Assembly (NCBI GenBank): GCA_002419445.1 | Contig: DIGC01000073.1 | Location: 1 to 42,381, forward strand | Reading direction: 5' to 3' | From: Bacillales bacterium UBA5732 | GTDB taxonomy: Bacteria > Bacillota_I > Bacilli_A > Izemoplasmatales > Hujiaoplasmataceae | Length of the DNA stretch: 42,381 nucleotides | Shown here: positions 26,584 to 35,073 of the stretch, in pieces | How positions within the stretch are numbered: the stretch's first letter is position 1 | Layout of the letters: each line of letters starts with the position of its first letter | Position numbers and translations under genes: made by a program | The notes under the pieces: generated by a model | Database searches by the model: none | Told to the model about the DNA's origin: nothing | The model's input: only the letters and a program-made list of their open reading frames with translations

Positions 26584-27891
26584 ATGATTAGTAGAATTAA
26601 AGGAACACAAGATATATTACCAAACGAAATTTTGAAATGGCAAGAGTTAGAACAAGTTATTCGTAATGTTTCTAAACTCTTCAACTTTACTGAAATCAGA
26701 ACTCCGATTTTTGAAGCTTCGGAGTTGTTTCATCGTTCCGTCGGCGAAACCACAGATATCGTTAAGAAAGAAACCTATGATTTTGAGGATCGCGGAAAGA
26801 GAATGAATACCCTAAGACCTGAAGGTACAGCCAGTGTTGTTCGTTCAGTTATCGAAAACAAGCTTTACGCGGATGAATTTCTTCCTTTAAAGCTTTATTA
26901 CTATGGACCGATGTTCAGATATGAACGTCCGCAAAAAGGTCGTCAACGCCAATTTCATCAGTTTGGTGCAGAAATAATCGGTTCTGATTCTCCTTTGGCT
27001 GATGCAGAAATTATTAATTTTGCTGCCACATTCTTGGAGGCACTTAAGATCAAGAATGTTCAAGTGAGGGTTAATTCTTTGGGTGATACAGAATCAAAAG
27101 AGAATTATCAAAAAGCTTTAAAGTCATATTTAGACCCGAATATAAAACATTTGTGTGAAGACTGTAATCGACGTTATCTTGAAAATCCTTTACGTGTACT
27201 TGATTGTAAAGTTGATAAAGGTAGCGAAGTTTTAAATAACGCCCCTAAGCCATATGACTATCTTTCTACAAAAGCCAAAGTACATTTTGAACAAGTAATA
27301 ATGGCTTTGGACAGTCTTGGTTTGAATTACGCTATTGATAAGAATTTAGTACGGGGTTTAGACTATTATACGCATACAGTATTTGAAATCGATAGTGATT
27401 TAGCAACACTTGGAGCTCAATCAACTTTAGTTGGTGGTGGACGATATAATAATCTTTACTCCTCTTTAGAAGGCCCTGATTTACCAGCTGTTGGCTTTGC
27501 TTTTGGTGTAGAAAGACTATTATTGGCTTTAGAATCTGTGAATACAGTTGAAGAAAAGTCATCTATCCATGCGTATTTTATTAATTTAGCTGATGTCTTC
27601 CAAACCGATGCTTTAAAAATAATCAACGATTTACGCCATGGTGGCTTAATTATCGATTACGATTTTTTTAACAAAAATTTAAAAGGACAATTTAAACAAG
27701 CAGACCGATTGAATCCCAAATTTTATTTAATATTTGGCGAAGAAGAAGCTAAAAAGCAGGTAATCAATGTAAAATCATTAGAAACAAAAGAACAGGTTGA
27801 AGTTAGTCTGGATAACCTGTACCAATACTTGGTTAATGAAATCACAGGCAAGCACTGCGGTGGTGGATGCGATAGTTGTGATGGTTGTTAA
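26584..27891 (+). CDS. hisS: Histidine--tRNA ligase with a Cys-rich C-terminal extension
   Basis: MISRIKGTQDILP start, RPEGT, GPMFRYERPQKGRQRQF, GGGRY. ATG at 26584 follows GGAG; the track start at 26530 spans the terminator. The protein ends in KHCGGGCDSCDGC. Confidence 0.92.
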   Translation: MISRIKGTQDILPNEILKWQELEQVIRNVSKLFNFTEIRTPIFEASELFHRSVGETTDIVKKETYDFEDRGKRMNTLRPEGTASVVRSVIENKLYADEFLPLKLYYYGPMFRYERPQKGRQRQFHQFGAEIIGSDSPLADAEIINFAATFLEALKIKNVQVRVNSLGDTESKENYQKALKSYLDPNIKHLCEDCNRRYLENPLRVLDCKVDKGSEVLNNAPKPYDYLSTKAKVHFEQVIMALDSLGLNYAIDKNLVRGLDYYTHTVFEIDSDLATLGAQSTLVGGGRYNNLYSSLEGPDLPAVGFAFGVERLLLALESVNTVEEKSSIHAYFINLADVFQTDALKIINDLRHGGLIIDYDFFNKNLKGQFKQADRLNPKFYLIFGEEEAKKQVINVKSLETKEQVEVSLDNLYQYLVNEITGKHCGGGCDSCDGC

Positions 27892-27921
27892 TTTATCTAT
27901 CTATTTATAAATTGTTAGTTG

Positions 27922-27930
27922 TGATATAAT
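27922..27930 (+). promoter_or_regulatory. Extended -10 element (TGATATAAT) for the perM-like operon
   Basis: TGnTATAAT at 27922-27930, about 25 nt upstream of the GTG start. Confidence 0.5.
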
Positions 27931-27954
27931 TGTTTAAGTCAAGGATGTGATGAA

Positions 27955-29076
27955 GTGAAGAAAAGACCGATTTCTGATGAGACTTTAAATAGAATAATCA
28001 AATTTTTAGCCATTATCGTTTTAGGATTTGGTGTTGTTTTGTTAGCTATCCAATTTCAAGATTTCTGGAATTGGATTTTACGAGCAATTAGAGCTGTAAT
28101 CATTCCGATTGGTTTAGCTTATATTGGTGCTTTGATTATCTTCCCGCTTATCAAATACTTGGAAAAAAAGGGCGTTGGTCCACGAGGCTTCTCTTTAGGA
28201 CTAGTTTTCGTCTTGACAGTGGGCTTGATTTTCGCCGCTTTTTATTTTCTTACTCCACTGATTATCAATGAAATCAGAAACTTCTTCGCTGATGATTTTC
28301 CAATTATCGTCGATTATATAAACAATGATTTAAGAGGCGAATTTATTTTTGGTGTCGATTTGTATGACCGAATTATCACATTTATAAATGAAACAAATGT
28401 TATCGCTGATACTGTTGATAGTTTGGTTCCCAATTTAATAGCTTCTTTATCTAATTTGTTATTTCCACTTTTAATGGCTTTTGCATTATTACCGATATTG
28501 CTCATTTTCTATTTAAATGATTACGAAGTAATTTCTGAAAGAATTAGGTCAATAATTCCTCCTAAACATGAAAAGAATGCTGCTGAACTAGCCTCAAGAT
28601 TAAACCAGACAGTCGGAGCTTATTTACGAGGACAACTTATCTTGATGATTGTTCTTGGCGCTGTTGCTACAATTGTTTATAAATTAATCGGTTTAAAATA
28701 TTATTTCTTCTTTGGCTTTTTAGTCGGTGTTACCAACATTATCCCTTATTTCGGTTTGTTAATTGCGGCCATACCGCCTATTGTCTATAGTTTCATTGCT
28801 ACATCCGGTCCTGGACCTTTACTTGTTTTAGTGGTTAATGTAGTGTTGCAGTTCTTCGAAGGCAATATTTTCCAACCGTTAATTATGTCTCATCAATTGT
28901 CAATTCATCCAATCGTCATCATTATTTCAATTTTGTTCTTTGGTTCGTTATTCGGTACTTTAGGGGTAATATTCGCCTCGCCGATTGCCGCATCTATAAG
29001 AGTGATATATCGTTTCTTTAGAGATCTTCGACAAGAAAAATTGAAAAATAATGTTACCGAGGCGACTTCTACATGA
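27955..29076 (+). CDS. AI-2E family transporter (PerM/YdiK-like permease)
   Basis: About 8 TM segments. The conserved C-terminal half (NIIPYFG, EGNIFQPLIMS, FGTLGVIFASPIAA) is typical of the AI-2E/UPF0118 family. Confidence 0.8.
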   Translation: MKKRPISDETLNRIIKFLAIIVLGFGVVLLAIQFQDFWNWILRAIRAVIIPIGLAYIGALIIFPLIKYLEKKGVGPRGFSLGLVFVLTVGLIFAAFYFLTPLIINEIRNFFADDFPIIVDYINNDLRGEFIFGVDLYDRIITFINETNVIADTVDSLVPNLIASLSNLLFPLLMAFALLPILLIFYLNDYEVISERIRSIIPPKHEKNAAELASRLNQTVGAYLRGQLILMIVLGAVATIVYKLIGLKYYFFFGFLVGVTNIIPYFGLLIAAIPPIVYSFIATSGPGPLLVLVVNVVLQFFEGNIFQPLIMSHQLSIHPIVIIISILFFGSLFGTLGVIFASPIAASIRVIYRFFRDLRQEKLKNNVTEATST

Positions 29077-29513
29077 TAAAAACAGTACGACCAAGAATCT
29101 ATTCGAAGTTTGAAATAAATACGATTGTTTTTTACGGAACGATATTATTATTCACTCCTTTAGTCTTGGTCTTTACTTATGTTTTTGGTATTGAACAAGT
29201 GTTTGATATTAAAATTTATATCTTGATTTTAGTCATTGTTTCAGGGATAATCGGAATTGTCGGGACAATTATTTTATTTATAAAGCGCGACCATTTAAAG
29301 CGTCAAGTAAAAGCTACGTATATTTCTGAATTTTACTATTTGGTGACAATTTCTATTTTTGGTATCCTTGGGTTTATTGTTTTATATAATTATTTAGGTG
29401 GAAGCCCTCAATATATCGCAAATATTTTTATATTATTGCTGGTGGTTTTTGTTTATATTTTACTGACTTTAGGACGTAAGTTCTTTAATTTAAATTATTC
29501 GAGAAAAAAATAA
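29073..29513 (+). CDS. Hypothetical 4-TM membrane protein
   Basis: 146 aa with four hydrophobic segments. ATGA-coupled to the permease gene. No family recognised. Confidence 0.6.
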   Translation: MIKTVRPRIYSKFEINTIVFYGTILLFTPLVLVFTYVFGIEQVFDIKIYILILVIVSGIIGIVGTIILFIKRDHLKRQVKATYISEFYYLVTISIFGILGFIVLYNYLGGSPQYIANIFILLLVVFVYILLTLGRKFFNLNYSRKK

Positions 29514-29538
29514 TGGCTGCATCGCAGCCATATTTTCT
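29513..29538 (+). terminator. Hairpin terminator/attenuator between the membrane-protein gene and tcdA
   Basis: ATGGCTGC-ATC-GCAGCCAT perfect 8-bp stem (29513-29531) followed by ATTTTCT. Confidence 0.55.
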
Positions 29539-29548
29539 GGGAGTTAAT

Positions 29549-30238
29549 ATGAGATTTAACCGATTGCTGAATATGATTGGCGAAGAAAAATTAGCTAAAC
29601 TTAATAGCATGAAAATTATCGTCTTCGGTTTAGGGGGCGTTGGCTCCTACGCTGCCGAAATTTTAGCTAGAAGTGGTATTGGAACTTTGCATGTGGTTGA
29701 TTATGATTATGTCGACATCACTAACATTAACCGTCAATTAATCGCTTTAGAATCAACTTTAAACCAAAAAAAGGTATCAGTTTTTTCGGATCGCGCTAAA
29801 GATATTAATCCTAATATCAACCTTGTGACTCACGATATCAAAGCTGATAATGAAACGATAAGAGAATTACTAGATGAAGGATTTGACTATGTTGCTGATT
29901 GCATAGACGATATATTTGCCAAGGTTGCCATTGCCAAGTACTGTCTTGATAATGAAATAAATTTTATTAGTTCAATGGGTTTTGCTAACAAATATAAACC
30001 AGAATTAATTAAGATTTCTACGCTTAATCAAACATCAGTTTGCCCATTGGCCAAAGCCTTAAGAAAACAACTTAAGTTAGCTGGTTATACTTTGAATTTT
30101 CCGGTGGTTTATTCTGAAGAAGTACCAGCAATAGTCCAAGATAAGAAAATTTTAGGCTCTAATGCCTATTGCCCGAGTGTTGCAGGCATTTACCTTGCGG
30201 CACACATAATTAATGATATTATAGGAGAAGAAAAATGA
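29549..30238 (+). CDS. tcdA: tRNA threonylcarbamoyladenosine dehydratase (ThiF/E1-like, TcdA)
   Basis: FGLGGVGSYAAEILARSGIG..VDYDYVDITNINRQ Rossmann/E1 motif. ATG at 29549 follows GGGAG. The track start at 29513 lies within the hairpin. Confidence 0.8.
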   Translation: MRFNRLLNMIGEEKLAKLNSMKIIVFGLGGVGSYAAEILARSGIGTLHVVDYDYVDITNINRQLIALESTLNQKKVSVFSDRAKDINPNINLVTHDIKADNETIRELLDEGFDYVADCIDDIFAKVAIAKYCLDNEINFISSMGFANKYKPELIKISTLNQTSVCPLAKALRKQLKLAGYTLNFPVVYSEEVPAIVQDKKILGSNAYCPSVAGIYLAAHIINDIIGEEK

Positions 30239-30738
30239 AAAAAATTATTTTAGCCGGTGGCTGTTTTTGGGGTGTACAAGCCTATTATGACAAAGTTAAA
30301 GGTGTGAATGAAACAGAAGTCGGTTATATTGACGGTGCCTTTCCTAATCCCACTTATGAACAAGTATGCAATGGTTCTCTTCATGCAGAAGCAGTAAAAA
30401 TTATTTATGATGAAACTCAAGTAAGTTTAAAACATCTTCTTGATCATTTCTTCCAAATTATTGATCCGACAACGATCAACAGACAAGGGAATGATATTGG
30501 AAAACAATATCGTACCGGGATATTTTACGATTTAGAAGAAGATTTAGAATTTATTCAAAGCTATATTGAGAACATTAAAGGTAAATATTCAAAACCGATT
30601 AGAACGGAAATTAAAAAAGCTAGTGAATTTTACCCAGCTGAAGCATATCACCAAAAATATTTAAAGAAGAATCCATGTGGCTATTGCCATATCGATTTAA
30701 GCTTGGTTGACGAGTTAGACAAGGAATTTTTTGAATAA
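30235..30738 (+). CDS. msrA: Peptide methionine sulfoxide reductase MsrA
   Basis: GGCFWG active site and YHQKYL. ATGA overlap with tcdA. Confidence 0.92.
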   Translation: MKKIILAGGCFWGVQAYYDKVKGVNETEVGYIDGAFPNPTYEQVCNGSLHAEAVKIIYDETQVSLKHLLDHFFQIIDPTTINRQGNDIGKQYRTGIFYDLEEDLEFIQSYIENIKGKYSKPIRTEIKKASEFYPAEAYHQKYLKKNPCGYCHIDLSLVDELDKEFFE

Positions 30739-30774
30739 AGGTTTGATTTTGTATAATGAAGGATGGTGTTTAGG

Positions 30775-31248
30775 ATGAAAAGAACTGATTATATCGGTTG
30801 GGATGAATATTTTATGGGTGTCGCCCATTTATCGGCAATGCGTTCAAAAGACGACAGTTCGCAGGTTGGCGCTTGTATCGTCAACCAAAAGAATAGAATT
30901 GTCGGCATTGGCTATAACGGATTCCCCATCGGTTGTAGCGATGATGATTTACCTTGGGAAAAAAGCGACGACTTCTTGAGTTCAAAATATGCTTATGTTG
31001 TTCACGCCGAACCAAATGCGATTTTAAACTCATCAGTTGATTTAGAAGGTTCTAGAATCTATGTTACGCTTTATCCTTGCAACGAGTGTGCGAAACTTAT
31101 TATTCAATCAGGAATCAAAGAAGTGGTATATCTTGAACATAAATATCCGCAAGATCCAATTTTTGAAGCTTCAAAGAGGTTATTTGCTATGGCAAAAATC
31201 AAAGTTAGACAATTGGAAGATTATAATTTAAGGATTGATAAAAAATGA
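30775..31248 (+). CDS. comEB: dCMP deaminase (ComEB-type)
   Basis: [15 protein letters not shown] and PCNECAK zinc motifs. The start is ATG 30775 (MKRTDY) or ATG 30763. Confidence 0.88.
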   Translation: MKRTDYIGWDEYFMGVAHLSAMRSKDDSSQVGACIVNQKNRIVGIGYNGFPIGCSDDDLPWEKSDDFLSSKYAYVVHAEPNAILNSSVDLEGSRIYVTLYPCNECAKLIIQSGIKEVVYLEHKYPQDPIFEASKRLFAMAKIKVRQLEDYNLRIDKK

Positions 31249-32321
31249 ATGAATTAACAAAACATTTTTGGCCGTATGTTAGAGTATTAATCGTACCCTA
31301 TATTTTCTTTATGTTTATACTTTTTTACCCGATAGGTTACTATATTGACACGCCTGGTGGTATTACAGAAGTAGACAGCATTATTAACGTTGATTATAAT
31401 CTCGACAAGGAAATTGAAGGAACGATTTCTTCGACATATATTGTCTCTATAAACCGCCCTACTTTCTTCCAATTCATGATTGGTGAGTTTTCCGATTATA
31501 ACTATGCCAATGTTCTTACAGGTTCTTACGCTGATTATACTAATGAAGAAATTTCGCAAATCAGTTATCTGGATAAAGAAACCAGTGTTAACGCAGCTGT
31601 TATCATTGCCTATCAGGAAGCTTTAAAAAATAATTCAGAAATCACAGTTGATTTTTATGAAAAAGTTATGGTTTTTGGCAAAGCAACTTATATGTCCTAT
31701 TATCAAGACATTGCTTTTGGCGATGAATTCTTATACATGATTGGTGACGATGATATAGTAGTTGATGATTTTATGCAAATAAGTGCTAATACTGTTCTTT
31801 CAGACACATATGAATTTTTCTTTAAAAACGATGAAGGCACTTACTCAAGAATGCTTACTAAAGATCCTGAAACTCTAAAATTCGGGATAACATTAAAGTT
31901 ATATTATTTAGTAAATAAAGAGAACACATTCCCGACGTATACAGAACAAACTTCTAATATTGGAGGCCCAAGTGGAGGGCTATTGCAAACACTTGCAATT
32001 TATAATATGTTGGTTGAAGAAGACATAACCCAAGGTTTGAAAATCGCAGGAACAGGAACCATTAATTATGACGGCTCGGTAGGATATATTGGCGGTACGG
32101 AACAAAAAATCTTGACGGCTTATTTAAATAATGTCGATGTTTTCTTTATTCCTTTTAAAGATCAAAATTATTATTATGATAATTATATGGAAGCTTTACG
32201 AGCGTGTGAAAAACACGGAATCGATCCGAGTGGATGGTTAGTGCCGGTTGGCTCTTTCCAAGATGCTTTGGACTATTTTGCTGATCCTGTTAGCTATCTC
32301 GAGGAGAATGTAATCTCATGA
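31245..32321 (+). CDS. Membrane-anchored Lon-like S16 peptidase with a PDZ-like insert (YlbL/SepM family)
   Basis: N-terminal TM segment and a central [17 protein letters not shown]-like segment. The C-terminal IGGPSGGL (Ser) and [10 protein letters not shown] (Lys) form the dyad of the Lon protease C-domain. Confidence 0.7.
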   Translation: MNELTKHFWPYVRVLIVPYIFFMFILFYPIGYYIDTPGGITEVDSIINVDYNLDKEIEGTISSTYIVSINRPTFFQFMIGEFSDYNYANVLTGSYADYTNEEISQISYLDKETSVNAAVIIAYQEALKNNSEITVDFYEKVMVFGKATYMSYYQDIAFGDEFLYMIGDDDIVVDDFMQISANTVLSDTYEFFFKNDEGTYSRMLTKDPETLKFGITLKLYYLVNKENTFPTYTEQTSNIGGPSGGLLQTLAIYNMLVEEDITQGLKIAGTGTINYDGSVGYIGGTEQKILTAYLNNVDVFFIPFKDQNYYYDNYMEALRACEKHGIDPSGWLVPVGSFQDALDYFADPVSYLEENVIS

Positions 32322-32686
32322 AGAAATATTTTACTTTGTGGAAAGATCTAAGAAATGACTTTTCAATTCAAGAGATATTATCAGCTTTCTATGGTGCTCT
32401 AGTCTTTAACCTTTTCCTTGCAGTCCCTGCTTTAGTGGCAATTGCTCAGATAATCTCAGTTTACATCTATTATTTGACAACTTGGATTGTATTGATTATA
32501 ATTGTTATGATTTTATTGAATTATGTTTTTCATCTTTTTTGGAAAAAAGCATTATATTTAAAACGTCCAGACGCAAAGGCTGACATCAAAGCTCTATTCT
32601 TGTATAATCAAATAATTGTCGATGTTTTATATTTGATAATTGGCTTATTATTCATCTTTGTATTTGTCCCGATGTTGATGGTTTAG
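32318..32686 (+). CDS. Hypothetical 3-TM membrane protein
   Basis: 122 aa and hydrophobic. ATGA-coupled to the YlbL-like gene. No family recognised. Confidence 0.55.
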   Translation: MKKYFTLWKDLRNDFSIQEILSAFYGALVFNLFLAVPALVAIAQIISVYIYYLTTWIVLIIIVMILLNYVFHLFWKKALYLKRPDAKADIKALFLYNQIIVDVLYLIIGLLFIFVFVPMLMV

Positions 32687-32695
32687 GAGAATAAT

Positions 32696-33187
32696 ATGAT
32701 TAAATGGATTATTATAATATTAGCATTAATTGGTGTTGATCAAGGCAGCAAAATATGGATTACTTCGAGCTTAGCTCCTGGGGAATCAATTCCGATTATC
32801 AATAACTTTTTCCATCTGACATACACAAGAAATACCGGTATGTTGTTTGGTGGTTTTGAAGGTGCTGCGGCGAATTATTTTTGGGTATTTCTAATTTTTG
32901 CTGTTTTAGCATCAGGAGTCTTTGGTTATATGTTCTTTAAAAGTGATTTCAATGACAAAAAGCTATTTGTCTTTCGCATCGCTTTAGCGCTTTTGATAGC
33001 CGGAAGTTTAGGAAATGCGATTGATAGAGCCGTTCAAGTAGATCATGCGGTAGTTGACTTCTTGGATTTCAACGGAATCTGGTCATATATTTTTAATTTT
33101 GCTGACACATTCCTTAACGTTGGGATTTTCTTATTTTTTATCGATGTATTTTTCTTGGAAAAGAAACGGGTGAAGGTTAATGGATGA
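32696..33187 (+). CDS. lspA: Lipoprotein signal peptidase (signal peptidase II)
   Basis: NTGMLFG, GNAIDR and FNFAD motifs; 4 TM segments. Confidence 0.92.
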   Translation: MIKWIIIILALIGVDQGSKIWITSSLAPGESIPIINNFFHLTYTRNTGMLFGGFEGAAANYFWVFLIFAVLASGVFGYMFFKSDFNDKKLFVFRIALALLIAGSLGNAIDRAVQVDHAVVDFLDFNGIWSYIFNFADTFLNVGIFLFFIDVFFLEKKRVKVNG

Positions 33188-34094
33188 TTTATTTTTTGAA
33201 TATCTAGTTTCGGAGACTGATAAACTGGACCGAATCGACCGCTTCCTTTCCGATAAAATTGAAAGTTTTAGCCGTTCAACTATAAAAAAATTGATAGATG
33301 AAAGTAAAATTCTTGTCAATCAGACTAAAATTAAGCCATCATACTCTCTCAAAGTATCTGATTTAATTGAAATAATCGATGTCGATTTCAGTGAAACCGA
33401 AATCACACCGACGAAAATGGATTTGGATATCGTATACGAAGATGACGATGTCTTAGTTGTCAACAAACCGTCGGGAATGGTAGTTCATCCAGCGCCTGGA
33501 CATTATCAAGATACGCTTGTTAATGGTTTGTTATGGCACATTAATAGCCTTTCGAATGTTAATGGCGAAACTAGACCGGGAATCGTACATAGAATTGATA
33601 AAGACACATCTGGGCTGTTAATGGTTGCGAAAAACAATTATGCTCATGATATTTTAGCTAAAGAACTTCAGGGCAAAAAAACAAAAAGAGAATATATCGC
33701 CTTAGTTGAGGGCGTTATCAATAACAAGAGAGGTAAAATTAACGCACCGATCGGTAGAGATAAAGCTAATAGATTAAAAATGGCAGTAACCTCTACAGGA
33801 AAAGAGGCAGTGACTAATTTTGAAGTTCTGGAGACTTTTGACGATTCTACGTTAATAAAGTGTATTTTGGAAACCGGTAGAACTCATCAGATCCGAGTTC
33901 ACATGCAATATATTAATCACCCTTTAGTTAACGACTATGTTTATGGAAATGCTAAAACAAATGATTTTGGACAATTTTTACATGCTAAAACATTAGGATT
34001 TACGCATCCAAAAACCAAAGAATGGTTGGAATTTTCCTGCGAATTGCCTAAAGAATTTTCTGAGTATCTCGAAAATAAAAGAATTAAAAGCTAG
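33180..34094 (+). CDS. rluD: 23S rRNA pseudouridine synthase, RluD/RluA family
   Basis: N-terminal S4 domain and catalytic HRIDKDTSGLL. lspA-rluD synteny with an 8-nt overlap. Confidence 0.9.
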   Translation: MDDLFFEYLVSETDKLDRIDRFLSDKIESFSRSTIKKLIDESKILVNQTKIKPSYSLKVSDLIEIIDVDFSETEITPTKMDLDIVYEDDDVLVVNKPSGMVVHPAPGHYQDTLVNGLLWHINSLSNVNGETRPGIVHRIDKDTSGLLMVAKNNYAHDILAKELQGKKTKREYIALVEGVINNKRGKINAPIGRDKANRLKMAVTSTGKEAVTNFEVLETFDDSTLIKCILETGRTHQIRVHMQYINHPLVNDYVYGNAKTNDFGQFLHAKTLGFTHPKTKEWLEFSCELPKEFSEYLENKRIKS

Positions 34095-34114
34095 TCGCTT
34101 CTAATTCTTTTTTT
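34081..34114. terminator. Bidirectional terminator overlapping the 3' ends of convergent rluD and rnhC
   Basis: GAATTAAAAGC-TAGTC-GCTTCTAATTC, an 11-bp stem with one mismatch, followed by T7. The rluD stop TAG lies in the loop. Confidence 0.6.
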
Positions 34115-35006
34115 CTTTTATTCTTTGGTAGTTTTTAAAATTTAATTTGGCTATTTTGGTAAATATCGATTCTCCATGTTTTAAATATATCACTTTAGCA
34201 ATAGCGTCAACTCCAAGCCCTGCGCCTTTAGGCAAAACAATATGTAGTTCATTGCTTAATCGATCAAATTCCAACAAAAACCGGTATCTGGCAATAATCG
34301 CTGCTACAGCCACAGCCTTGTGAATTGATTCGGCTTGAATTAAAAAATCAATATTCTTAACTGTTTCTTCGCTGGCGAGATATTGAAAGTAATTTTCTTC
34401 CGAACAAAATTTATCCACGATAATTTTTTCATAATCAGAATGCTTGGAAACTAATTTTTTGATAGCGTGATTATGTAGATAAGCTTTTATTTTATTTAAG
34501 TTAAAGCCTTTCTCTACAAGTTCATTGTACTTCTCATTACTGGTGATAAGTACATGGTGAGAAATACTTTTAACTAATTTTTCTCCTAAAATTCTAATTT
34601 GATTGTCATTTATTTTTTTTGAATCTTTAATGTCTAATTCATCCAGCAGTAAGTCATCGTTTGGTGTAACATAAGCGGCACATACGACAACCGGACCGAA
34701 AAAGTCACCGGTACCGACTTCATCAGAACCAATAACCCTTAAAGCTTTATATTGATTGTTATAATCAGTGATTACTTCATCTTTTTCAATTGGTTCAAGA
34801 TTTAAAGTAATAGCCCATTTATTATATTCATCTAAAGCGTCTTCGCCTTGAAACATTACTTTTAAGGAATAATAGACCGTAATAGTAAGAGTATCACTTT
34901 TAAATAAGTAACGGTGCTGTGGATTATCACTTTTAATAAGAATTTGATGATAGTATTCTTTTAATTTTTCAAGATATTTCTCATCGATAGTAAAAACATA
35001 GTTCAT
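34101..35006 (-). CDS. rnhC: Ribonuclease HIII
   Basis: GSDEVGTGDFFGP catalytic motif and an N-terminal TBP-like domain; 301 aa. Confidence 0.9.
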   Translation of the reverse strand: MNYVFTIDEKYLEKLKEYYHQILIKSDNPQHRYLFKSDTLTITVYYSLKVMFQGEDALDEYNKWAITLNLEPIEKDEVITDYNNQYKALRVIGSDEVGTGDFFGPVVVCAAYVTPNDDLLLDELDIKDSKKINDNQIRILGEKLVKSISHHVLITSNEKYNELVEKGFNLNKIKAYLHNHAIKKLVSKHSDYEKIIVDKFCSEENYFQYLASEETVKNIDFLIQAESIHKAVAVAAIIARYRFLLEFDRLSNELHIVLPKGAGLGVDAIAKVIYLKHGESIFTKIAKLNFKNYQRIKEKKN

Positions 35007-35041
35007 TGTCTCATCTCCTATTTTTATTTTAACATAAAATG

Positions 35042-35050
35042 TGGTAAAAT
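35042..35050 (+). promoter_or_regulatory. Extended -10 element (TGGTAAAAT) for mutS2
   Basis: TGnTAAAAT at 35042-35050, 24 nt upstream of the ATG at 35074. Confidence 0.5.
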
Positions 35051-35073
35051 AGAAGAAGTGGAGATAACAGATT

